A stretch of 48,376 nucleotides of DNA from an uncultured Clostridia bacterium (GCA_937907975.1 CALEQS010000296.1:1-48376); one strand, 5' to 3'. Positions 1-7,092 are shown, numbered from the stretch's first letter. Notes: generated by a model not told the origin, from the letters alone. A program made the numbers and translations.

Positions 1-1
1 A

Positions 2-364
2 AACGAGACAGCGGAAAAGATCGCCAGTCTGTACGGCGGCACAGCCGAAGTCCTCTGGGAGGGCATCTGCTCCGCCCTCTACAACGACGCACAGGTCTGC
101 GCTGAGGCATCCACGGCCGCCGAAGCCGCACTGGAGGGCGTCGCCGTCACCCACGACCGCCCCTTCTCGCTGGGTGGGGACAATTTTGCCGAGTACACGC
201 TGGAGGTGCCGGGATCCTATGCCTATCTGGGCTCCGGAAATTCCGGCCGGCCCGGCACCTTGAACGCCGCCCATAACGGCCATTTTGATATTGAGGAAGC
301 CGCCCTGCCCATCGGCACGGCACTCTATGCGTCCTATGCCCTCTGGTGGCTGGGACAGCCCTGA
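2..364 (+). CDS. M20/M20D-family amidohydrolase, C-terminal fragment (5' end outside window)
   Basis: Frame is open from base 2 to TGA at 362-364. It is absent from the ORF track because there is no start codon in the window. Translation ...NFAEYTLEVPGSYAYLGSGNSGRPGTLNAAHNGHFDIEEAALPIGTALYASYALWWLGQP resembles the conserved C-terminal block of M20D amidohydrolases. Confidence 0.7.
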   Translation, partial: NETAEKIASLYGGTAEVLWEGICSALYNDAQVCAEASTAAEAALEGVAVTHDRPFSLGGDNFAEYTLEVPGSYAYLGSGNSGRPGTLNAAHNGHFDIEEAALPIGTALYASYALWWLGQP

Positions 365-386
365 AAAGCAAAAGGAGGCGCTGAAG

Positions 387-1019
387 ATGAACAATCCTCT
401 GCGCTATCAGATCACTGAATATGACTGCGGCCCCACCTCTGTGCTCAACGGCATCAGCGCCCTGTTTCCCCGGGAGGTCATTCCGCCGGACATCCCCCGC
501 TATGTCATGCTCTACAGTCTGGACGGCTGGGGTGAAGACGGCGTGATCGGCAAGACCGGAACCACCGCCACTGCCATGATGTTTATGAGCAACTGGTTCA
601 ACAGTTACGGCAGGCTGGGCCGCATCCAGATCTCCAGCCATTTCTACACCGGCGCGCAGGTCAACATGAAGGAGGACGGACCGGTCATGGAGGCACTCCA
701 CCGGGGCGGCGTAGTCGTTCTGCGGTGCTACTCCGATGTGGCCCACTATGTTCTGCTGACCGGTATTCAGGACGGGCTGATCCAGACCTTCGACCCCTAT
801 TTCTGGGACGGCCCCTTTGAGGACCCGGGCATCCATGTGACCCACGAGCACGAGGACAACTACAACCGGCTCATTGAGCCACGGGTCTTTGCCATGGAGA
901 GCTGGGGGACAGATGCCGACTTCTACGCCTGCGGCCCGAATGAACAGCGGGAGGCGCTGGTGCTCTTCAATGAACACACGGTACTGACCACGGAAAAGAC
1001 CGTGGAATACATCATCTAA
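387..1019 (+). CDS. Hypothetical papain/C39-like cysteine peptidase-fold protein (210 aa)
   Basis: ORF-track 285..1019 trimmed to ATG 387, which is preceded by AAAAGGAGG. It has an N-terminal YQITEYDCGPTSVLN motif (candidate Cys nucleophile) and a later VAHYVLLTG (candidate His). The family call is by motif resemblance only. Confidence 0.5.
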   Translation: MNNPLRYQITEYDCGPTSVLNGISALFPREVIPPDIPRYVMLYSLDGWGEDGVIGKTGTTATAMMFMSNWFNSYGRLGRIQISSHFYTGAQVNMKEDGPVMEALHRGGVVVLRCYSDVAHYVLLTGIQDGLIQTFDPYFWDGPFEDPGIHVTHEHEDNYNRLIEPRVFAMESWGTDADFYACGPNEQREALVLFNEHTVLTTEKTVEYII

Positions 1020-1041
1020 AGCGAATCAGGAGGAAACCACT

Positions 1042-1599
1042 ATGATCCCCACACCCGAACAGGCTTACGAGCTGCTGAAGGAGTATAACGAGGGCGAATT
1101 TCACCTCAAACACGGCCGCATCGTCGGCGACGTGATGCGCTGGTATGCCCAGGAGCTGGGCTACGGCGACGAGGCCGACTTCTGGCAGGCCGTGGGCATT
1201 CTCCACGATCTGGACTTTGAGCGCTGGCCCGAGGAACACTGCACCAAGGAGCAGGAGCTCATGCGGGAAAAGGGCATCGACGAGTCCATCATCCACGCCA
1301 CCGCCAGCCACGGCTGGAATCTGACCGTGGACATCAAGCCGGAGCACGAGATGGAGAAGGTGCTCTATGCCGCCGACGAGCTGACCGGCCTGATTGGCGC
1401 CGCCGCCCTGATGCGCCCCTCCAAGAGTGTGAAGGACATGGAGGTCAAATCGGTCAAGAAGAAATATAAGGACAAGAAATTTGCCGCCGGATGCTCCCGG
1501 GCGGTCATCGAACAGGGCGCCGAGCTGCTGGGCTGGGATCTGAATACCCTGATCGAACGCACGCTGGAAGCCATGAAGCAGAGCGATAACGTAGAATAA
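1042..1599 (+). CDS. HD-domain phosphohydrolase (185 aa)
   Basis: RBS CAGGAGGAA lies upstream of ATG 1042. It has the HLKHGRIV...ILHDLDFERW (H...HD) signature of HD-superfamily hydrolases. Confidence 0.8.
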   Translation: MIPTPEQAYELLKEYNEGEFHLKHGRIVGDVMRWYAQELGYGDEADFWQAVGILHDLDFERWPEEHCTKEQELMREKGIDESIIHATASHGWNLTVDIKPEHEMEKVLYAADELTGLIGAAALMRPSKSVKDMEVKSVKKKYKDKKFAAGCSRAVIEQGAELLGWDLNTLIERTLEAMKQSDNVE

Positions 1600-1644
1600 G
1601 ACACGCTCTCAGAAATGCAGGCAAACAATACATCGACAAACGGA

Positions 1645-1678
1645 AACGCCAGACGGAATTTCTTCCGTCTGGCGTTTT
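1645..1678. terminator. Bidirectional rho-independent terminator between the HD gene (+) and flavodoxin (-)
   Basis: The 14-bp stem is AACGCCAGACGGAA / TTCCGTCTGGCGTT with loop TTTC. It is followed by a T-run on the plus strand and a T-rich tail on the minus strand. Confidence 0.75.
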
Positions 1679-1691
1679 ATCGGTCTATTGC

Positions 1692-2111
1692 TTATGCCAG
1701 CGCCGCACCCAGCTTCTTGCAGCTGTCGATCGCATCCTCATCTGGATAGCCGCAGCAGATCACGCTGTCGCAGGCCAGCTTTGCCCCGGCGTTGGTGCAG
1801 GTGTCCTCCCACTGACGCATCCACTCACCGTCACCCCAGCCATAAGAGCCGAACAGGGCGATGGTCTTACCGGAGAGCTCCGGCAGGCAGGCGGTGAACA
1901 TGGGCTCGAACTCGCTCTCCTCCAGCACCTCTGCGCCCATGGCCGGGCAACCGAAGGCGATGGCGTCATACTGGCTCACCATGGAGGCATCAAAGGCCGC
2001 GCTGGGCAGCAGAATGGTCTCCGCACCGGCGGACTTGGCGCCCTCCTCCACGGCCTGGGCCATGGCCTCCGTGTTGCCGGTACCGCTCCAATAGATCACT
2101 GCAATGCTCAT
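1692..2111 (-). CDS. Flavodoxin (short-chain, 139 aa)
   Basis: ORF 1692..2153 trimmed to ATG 2111, preceded by GAAAGGAAGG. MSIAVIYWSGTGNTEAMA is the flavodoxin FMN phosphate-binding loop. Confidence 0.9.
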   Translation of the reverse strand: MSIAVIYWSGTGNTEAMAQAVEEGAKSAGAETILLPSAAFDASMVSQYDAIAFGCPAMGAEVLEESEFEPMFTACLPELSGKTIALFGSYGWGDGEWMRQWEDTCTNAGAKLACDSVICCGYPDEDAIDSCKKLGAALA

Positions 2112-2153
2112 AATAAAAACCTTCCTTTCAATTTTGTCGGTTTGTGTATTCAC

Positions 2154-2177
2154 ATAGGTTTGTTATGACTAACCTAT
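2154..2177 (-). promoter_or_regulatory. Candidate DtxR-type operator upstream of flavodoxin
   Basis: The minus strand reads ATAGGTTAGTCATAACAAACCTAT, an imperfect inverted repeat (ATAGGTTA / TAACCTAT arms) containing GGTTAG. It lies 43-66 nt upstream of the flavodoxin ATG. Confidence 0.4.
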
Positions 2178-2190
2178 ATTCAAAAAATTT

Positions 2191-2739
2191 TCAGCCCACT
2201 ACCAGCTGCTCAACAGTCTTGCCGCATTTCAGCTGCGCCTGATAGGCCTGGGTGCAGGCCCGATACTGGGCAAACAGGCGCCTGGCCTGTTCCTCATTGC
2301 CGTAGCCCCGCCAATCGCCCACGCATTTGCTGCGCTTGGGTCCGTATTGGATGAAGCCCTCCACATCATCGGGGGGATAGCCTAAAAACAGGCCGATCTC
2401 GTGGGGAAATTCCTCCTGTGACCGCAGCTGCTGCATCAATTTGACCACGCAGAGATCCGGGTCCCCCCATGGGTAGCCCCGATCCTCCAGCAGATGCGCT
2501 GCCACCGGGGCGGTCAGATCTCGCCCCAGCCGGTTGGGCCGGTAGAGGTAGATGAGCGCTCTGCCCTGCTTGTAGCTCAGCGACAATACCCGCAGTCCCT
2601 TTGGAACCAGCATTCGATTCATCGACCGAATATCCCGGCGCAGCTCGTCCTCCGAACCGTAGCGGCAGGAGAACAGGCTCCCCGTCTTCAGACCCGCCAG
2701 CGTGGGGGAGCAGTGGCGGATCACCACCTCATCAGACAT
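2191..2739 (-). CDS. DUF3793-family protein (182 aa)
   Basis: Intact ORF. The N-terminal IRHCSPTLAGLKTGSLFSC matches my recollection of the DUF3793 signature. Only 3 nt separate it from the upstream DUF2325 gene. Confidence 0.6.
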   Translation of the reverse strand: MSDEVVIRHCSPTLAGLKTGSLFSCRYGSEDELRRDIRSMNRMLVPKGLRVLSLSYKQGRALIYLYRPNRLGRDLTAPVAAHLLEDRGYPWGDPDLCVVKLMQQLRSQEEFPHEIGLFLGYPPDDVEGFIQYGPKRSKCVGDWRGYGNEEQARRLFAQYRACTQAYQAQLKCGKTVEQLVVG

Positions 2740-2742
2740 GGC

Positions 2743-3027
2743 TCAGTGAGCGGCGTGGATCTCCAGCACACCCCGCAGCGCGGAGATGGAGCTGGTGGGA
2801 CAATGCGCGATGACGGTGGGCAGGCCCTTGAGCTCATTCAGAGCGCTGCGCAGCATCTTGTGGGACATCGTGCTGGTAAAGCAGACCAGCAGATCCGGAC
2901 TACCCAGCTTGTTTTTCAGGCTGCCGATGGGTTTTGCGAACACCTTTGCCTGACATTCATACTCTTTGCACAGATCCTTGTACTTACGGACCATGCACTC
3001 ATTACCACCCAAAATCACAACGCTCAT
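2743..3027 (-). CDS. DUF2325-family protein (94 aa)
   Basis: RBS GAAGGGAG lies upstream of ATG 3027. The pattern VVILGGNE...DLLVCFTSTMSHKM...P is typical of DUF2325. Confidence 0.6.
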   Translation of the reverse strand: MSVVILGGNECMVRKYKDLCKEYECQAKVFAKPIGSLKNKLGSPDLLVCFTSTMSHKMLRSALNELKGLPTVIAHCPTSSISALRGVLEIHAAH

Positions 3028-3048
3028 AATAAGCTCCCTTCTTTCTTG

Positions 3049-3069
3049 TAGTTAGCATTCACTAACCAA
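3049..3069 (-). promoter_or_regulatory. Candidate DtxR-type operator upstream of DUF2325
   Basis: The minus strand reads TTGGTTAGTGAATGCTAACTA (GTTAG-N6-CTAAC inverted repeat, contains GGTTAG). It lies 22-42 nt upstream of ATG 3027. Confidence 0.35.
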
Positions 3070-3079
3070 TATTTTTTAA

Positions 3080-3109
3080 CTTAGGCGCTGAATTAATTCA
3101 GCGCCTAAG
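3080..3109. repeat. Perfect 30-bp palindrome CTTAGGCGCTGAATTAATTCAGCGCCTAAG
   Basis: Read directly from the sequence; it lies between the regulator stop (3138) and the DUF2325 promoter region. There is no T-run after it on the minus strand, so it is not a canonical terminator for the upstream gene. It could be a stem-loop or a dimeric protein-binding site. Confidence 0.6.
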
Positions 3110-3137
3110 CTGAGGACAATCGTAGTCGGGATCGTTT

Positions 3138-3560
3138 TTATCCCGCGCAGGCCTGCGGCTCCATTCCGGAGCACAGGGCCGCATCTGCATCCGCAATACG
3201 GCTGCACATCTCCACCACGCTCTCCAGCTTCAGCTCGGAGAGCAGGGCCAAGGCCGCCGCCAGCACATCCTGCCGCTGGGGCAGGAACCGCGCAAAATGA
3301 CGGCAGATCGTCTGGAAATACACCTGATACCGGTCGGCGGTGCTGCGGCCCAAATCCGTCAGCCGGATCACGCCGTAGCGGGGTTTCTCCAGCAGGCCCA
3401 TATCCTTCATGCTGCCCACCATGGAGTGAACACTGGGCTTGGTGATCCCCAGCGCCTGTGCCACATCGACACAGCGCACGCCTTTACCGTCCCGGTCCAG
3501 ATCTTCAATTGCCAGCAGATAGCGGATGTTTGCCGCTGTCAGGGCCGGGCCACTGCTCAT
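3138..3560 (-). CDS. DtxR/MntR-family transcriptional regulator (140 aa), atypical
   Basis: ORF trimmed to ATG 3560, which follows GGAGG. The winged HTH is VRCVDVAQALGITKPSVHSMVGSMKDMGLLEK..RYGVIRLTDLG. It is the last gene of the feo transcription unit. Confidence 0.75.
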   Translation of the reverse strand: MSSGPALTAANIRYLLAIEDLDRDGKGVRCVDVAQALGITKPSVHSMVGSMKDMGLLEKPRYGVIRLTDLGRSTADRYQVYFQTICRHFARFLPQRQDVLAAALALLSELKLESVVEMCSRIADADAALCSGMEPQACAG

Positions 3561-3584
3561 AATGCGTACCTCCATCTTCTCCCC

Positions 3585-3616
3585 GTCCGGCCGAAGCCGC
3601 TTCGCCTCGGCCGGAC
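3585..3616 (-). other. Intercistronic GC-rich stem-loop
   Basis: The 10-bp stem is GTCCGGCCGA / TCGGCCGGAC with a 12-nt loop. It lies between the Cys-rich peptide gene and the regulator gene and has no T-run. Confidence 0.5.
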
Positions 3617-3624
3617 ACAGGGAA

Positions 3625-3801
3625 TCAGTGTTTCACGTTGCAGCTTCCGCTGCAGCCCCCGCAGGCGCCGCAGTCTCCACCGCAGGAGGACTTACCGGAT
3701 CTCTTATCCTTCCGAATGGCGTGGACAATGGCGATCACCACAGCCAGGACCACCAGTCCGATGAGAATGGTGCCGATATTGGCCGAGAGCCATGCGATCA
3801 T
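3625..3801 (-). CDS. FeoB-associated Cys-rich membrane protein (58 aa); not in the supplied ORF track
   Basis: Hand-translated from ATG 3801, preceded by ACGGAGGAA: MIAWLSANIGTILIGLVVLAVVIAIVHAIRKDKRSGKSSCGGDCGACGGCSGSCNVKH, ending at TGA 3625-3627. It has one TM helix plus a C-terminal Cys-rich tail and starts 43 nt downstream of feoB. Confidence 0.85.
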   Translation of the reverse strand: MIAWLSANIGTILIGLVVLAVVIAIVHAIRKDKRSGKSSCGGDCGACGGCSGSCNVKH

Positions 3802-3844
3802 ATGGATTCCTCCGTTTCAAGTTCAATGAGTCAGTCGATCGTTC

Positions 3845-6334
3845 TTACACGTTGACGCGGACCTTCTTGCCATTGATCGTCTCAGTGGCAGGACGGAACA
3901 GCAGGACGAAGAACAGGACGACGATAACGATAGCCACCACAGAGCCGATGCCGAAGTGACCGGTGAAGAGCATACCCAGCTGGTAGATGCACAGGCCGAC
4001 CAGATAGGCGAAGCCGCACTGATAGCCGATGGCAATCCAGAACCACTTGCGGCTGTTCATCTCGCGCTTGATAGCGCCCATAGCAGCGAAGCAGGGAGCG
4101 CACAGCAGGTTGAAGGCCAGGAAGGCATAACCGGAGAGGGCGGTGAAGGAGGCAGCCATGTTGGTGTAAACAGAAGCTGCGGTGCCGCCGTTGTACAGGA
4201 TGCCCAGAGTACCGACGATATTCTCCTTGGCGATCAGGCCGGTGATGGAGGCGACAGTGGCCTGCCAGTTGCCGAAGCCCAGAGGCGCAAAGATCCAGCA
4301 GATCGCGTTGCCGATGGCAGCCAGGATGCTGTGATCCAGCTGATCCTCAGCCAGCATGGTGAAGGAGCCGTCTACGAAGCCGAAGTAGCTCAGGAACCAG
4401 ACCAGAATGGTGGACAGAGTGATGATGGTACCGGCCTTCTTGATGAAGGACCAGCCGCGCTCCCACATGGAGCGGAGGACGGTGCCCACGGTGGGCATGT
4501 GGTAGGCGGGCAGCTCCATAACAAAGGGAGCGGGATCACCGATGAACAGCTTGGTTTTCTTCAGGATAATGCCGGAGCAGATGATGGCGGCAATGCCCAT
4601 GAAGTAAGCGGAGGGAGCGACCCAGGCCGCGCCGCCGAAGATAGAGCCGGCGATCATGGCGATGAAGGGCAGCTTGGCACCGCAGGGGATGAAGGTGGTG
4701 GTCATGATCGTCATGCGGCGGTCACGCTCGTTCTCAATGGTACGGGAGGCCATGATGCCGGGCACGCCGCAGCCGGTGCCGATCAGAATGGGAATGAAGG
4801 ACTTGCCGGACAGGCCGAAGCGGCGGAACACACGGTCAAGGATGAAGGCGATACGGGCCATGTAGCCACAGGCCTCCAGGAAGGCCAGGAAGATGAACAG
4901 GACCAGCATCTGGGGGACGAAGCCGAGGACCGCGCCGACACCGGCGACGATACCGTCAAGGATCAGGCCGCTCAGCCAGTCAGCGCAGTTGACGGCGGTC
5001 AGGCCGCGCTCGATCAGCGCGGGGATGCTGGGGACATACACGCCGTAATCAGCGGGGTCCGGGGCCTCGCAGCCGTCGGCGATCATCACATCGATGGACT
5101 CCAGCACGTCAGCGCCGGTGGCAGTCTCGTCGGAGACGGAGAGATTCTCCTCATCCTGCACCTCATAAGTAAACTTGTAATCAGACTTGACGTCAGCAGC
5201 CATGGCGGTCAGCGCAGCGGCCGCGGCGTCGGCGTCAAACTCGTCGCTCTCGCTGTCGATGGCATCGGCCACGTCATCGAGGCCCTGATCTTCAATGTAG
5301 CCATTGACGATGTTGGAGGCGTCGGTGTATTCGTCGTTTGCGTCGTTATAAGCGGAGGAGCCGATGCCGAACAGGTGCCAGCCATCGCCGAACACGCCGT
5401 CGTTCACCCAGTCAGTGGCCCAGCCGCCCACGGTGGTGACGGACACATAGTAGACAAGGAACATGATAGCCGCAAAGATGGGCAGGGCCAGCCAGCGGTT
5501 GGTGACGACCTTATCGATCTTATCGGAGGTGGTCAGCTTGCCGGCGGACTTCTTCTTCAGACAGCCGTGGATGATGGAGCTGATATAGACGTAACGCTCG
5601 TTGGTGATGATGCTCTCGGCGTCGTCGTCCAGCTCCTTCTCGGCAGCCTGAATGTCGGCCTCAACATGAGACAGCTTGGCGGGCTCCAGATTGAGCTGCT
5701 CCAGGATCTTCGGGTCACGCTCAAAGATCTTCAGCGCGAACCAGCGCTGCTGCTCCTCGGGCTGATCGTGCAGCAGCTCCTCCTCGATGTGGGCCAGTGC
5801 GTGCTCCACGGGGCCGGAGAAGGTGTGCTGAGGAATGGTCTTGCCATTCTTGGCGGCCTCCACGGCGGCCTCGGCAGCTTCCATGACGCCGGTGCCCTTC
5901 AGAGCGGAGATCTCGACCACCTTGCAGCCCAGCTCACGGGACAGCTCATCAATGTTGATCTTGTCGCCGTTCTTCTTGACCACGTCCATCATGTTGATGG
6001 CCACGACCACGGGGATGCCCAGCTCCACCAGCTGAGTGGTCAGATACAGGTTGCGCTCCAGGTTAGTGCCGTCGATGATGTTCAGGATGGCGTTGGGACG
6101 CTCACCGATCAGATAGTTCCGGGCCACCACTTCCTCCAGCGTGTAGGGGGACAGGGAGTAAATGCCGGGCAGGTCGGTGATGGTGACATCGGGGTGCTTC
6201 TTCAGCTTGCCCTCTTTCTTTTCCACAGTGACGCCGGGCCAGTTGCCGACGAACTGGTTTGCACCGGTCAGCGCGTTGAACAGCGTCGTCTTACCGGCGT
6301 TGGGGTTGCCCGCGAGGGCAATGGTCAACTTCAT
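3845..6334 (-). CDS. feoB: Ferrous iron transporter FeoB (829 aa) with an enlarged first extracytoplasmic loop
   Basis: ORF trimmed to ATG 6334, preceded by AGAGGAAG. The G-domain is MKLTIALAGNPNAGKTTLFNALTG...DLPGIYSL. The membrane core is LEACGYMARIAFILDRVFRRFGLSGKSFIPILIGTGCGVPGIMASRTIE. Confidence 0.95.
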   Translation of the reverse strand: MKLTIALAGNPNAGKTTLFNALTGANQFVGNWPGVTVEKKEGKLKKHPDVTITDLPGIYSLSPYTLEEVVARNYLIGERPNAILNIIDGTNLERNLYLTTQLVELGIPVVVAINMMDVVKKNGDKINIDELSRELGCKVVEISALKGTGVMEAAEAAVEAAKNGKTIPQHTFSGPVEHALAHIEEELLHDQPEEQQRWFALKIFERDPKILEQLNLEPAKLSHVEADIQAAEKELDDDAESIITNERYVYISSIIHGCLKKKSAGKLTTSDKIDKVVTNRWLALPIFAAIMFLVYYVSVTTVGGWATDWVNDGVFGDGWHLFGIGSSAYNDANDEYTDASNIVNGYIEDQGLDDVADAIDSESDEFDADAAAAALTAMAADVKSDYKFTYEVQDEENLSVSDETATGADVLESIDVMIADGCEAPDPADYGVYVPSIPALIERGLTAVNCADWLSGLILDGIVAGVGAVLGFVPQMLVLFIFLAFLEACGYMARIAFILDRVFRRFGLSGKSFIPILIGTGCGVPGIMASRTIENERDRRMTIMTTTFIPCGAKLPFIAMIAGSIFGGAAWVAPSAYFMGIAAIICSGIILKKTKLFIGDPAPFVMELPAYHMPTVGTVLRSMWERGWSFIKKAGTIITLSTILVWFLSYFGFVDGSFTMLAEDQLDHSILAAIGNAICWIFAPLGFGNWQATVASITGLIAKENIVGTLGILYNGGTAASVYTNMAASFTALSGYAFLAFNLLCAPCFAAMGAIKREMNSRKWFWIAIGYQCGFAYLVGLCIYQLGMLFTGHFGIGSVVAIVIVVLFFVLLFRPATETINGKKVRVNV

Positions 6335-6441
6335 AACATGCTTCCTCTCTTTCACGGTCAGGCTCGTAAGCGGGCGCTAACCAAGGATTTAACATTTGCC
6401 GTTCCCCTCAAGCGGATGAACGGCGGTCAGACCGGCTCTGC

Positions 6442-6666
6442 TTAGAGCTCGGTCACGATCATCTCGGCGTCAGCCTTACGCAGACTCAGCTCATAACCGC
6501 GGACAGTGATTTCCACGGGATCGCCCAGCGGAGCGACCTTGCGGATGTAGATCTCCACGCCCTTAGTGATGCCCATGTCCATGATGCGGCGCTTGACAGC
6601 GCCCTCGCCGTTGAGCTTTGCGACCTTGACGGTCTGGCCCACCTTTGCATCGCGCAGTGTTTTCAT
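6442..6666 (-). CDS. feoA: FeoA-family protein (74 aa)
   Basis: RBS AAGGAGG. The SH3-like FeoA pattern is VGQTVKVAKL.GEGAVKRRIMDMGITKGVEI...APLGDPVEI. Confidence 0.9.
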   Translation of the reverse strand: MKTLRDAKVGQTVKVAKLNGEGAVKRRIMDMGITKGVEIYIRKVAPLGDPVEITVRGYELSLRKADAEMIVTEL

Positions 6667-6698
6667 AGTGTTGCCTCCTTACTTCTCTTCTTACTATC

Positions 6699-6911
6699 TC
6701 AGATCATGATCTTCTGAGCCATTTCCTTGCTGATGGCAATTCTGGCTTCTTTGACATTCACGATCACATTTCCGCCCAGTGTAGTGATAACGGTCACGGT
6801 GCCGCCCACCACGAAACCGAGGTTCTCCAGATGCTGGCGCACCTCCGGCAGACCGCCGATCCTCTTGATGATATTCTCTTCGCCCACAGTGGCCAGTGTC
6901 AATGGCATCAT
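6699..6911 (-). CDS. feoA: FeoA-family protein (70 aa)
   Basis: ORF 6699..6977 trimmed to ATG 6911, preceded by AAGGAAGGG. The FeoA-like sequence is MMPLTLATVGEENIIKRIGG.PEVRQHLENLGFVVGGTVTVI. Confidence 0.85.
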   Translation of the reverse strand: MMPLTLATVGEENIIKRIGGLPEVRQHLENLGFVVGGTVTVITTLGGNVIVNVKEARIAISKEMAQKIMI

Positions 6912-7015
6912 AAGTGCACCCTTCCTTAACTGTTTATCTATCTCAGTCCAGTTATACAGTGTTAACCAAACCGGCAAAGAAAAGATTAGAACACTCTAAC
7001 CAGCTCACTCGGTAG

Positions 7016-7034
7016 TTTATTATAGCTAACCTCA
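7016..7034 (-). promoter_or_regulatory. Candidate feoA promoter -10 overlapped by a DtxR-box half-site
   Basis: The minus strand reads TGAGGTTAGCTATAATAAA. TATAAT corresponds to forward 7019-7024, and the left half AGGTTAGC matches the DtxR consensus. A TTGACA (forward 7037-7042) lies only 12 nt upstream, so the -35 assignment is uncertain. Confidence 0.4.
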
Positions 7035-7071
7035 TTTGTCAAGAGCCTGCCGTCATTTTAGTTAGAATTGG

Positions 7072-7092
7072 TTAACTTAGCCCAACCTAACC
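7072..7092 (-). promoter_or_regulatory. DtxR-operator-like 19-mer upstream of feoA
   Basis: Forward 7072-7090 is TTAACTTAGCCCAACCTAA, compared with the classical DtxR consensus TTAGGTTAGCCTAACCTAA (16/19 identical). The minus strand contains GGTTAG (forward CTAACC 7087-7092). Confidence 0.45.

Noticed and set aside
3956-6445. Very long ORFs antisense to real genes. Examples are 3956..6445 (829 aa, opposite feoB), 35622..37943 (773 aa, opposite oppA), 32911..34581, 38681..40435, 20995..22518, 28745..30052, 30419..31699 and 23152..24396.
   Set aside because: These are typical shadow ORFs of a GC-rich genome. Their translations are low-complexity G/A/D/H/V/L-rich strings with no recognisable motifs and no RBS. 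The opposite strand encodes unmistakable conserved proteins.
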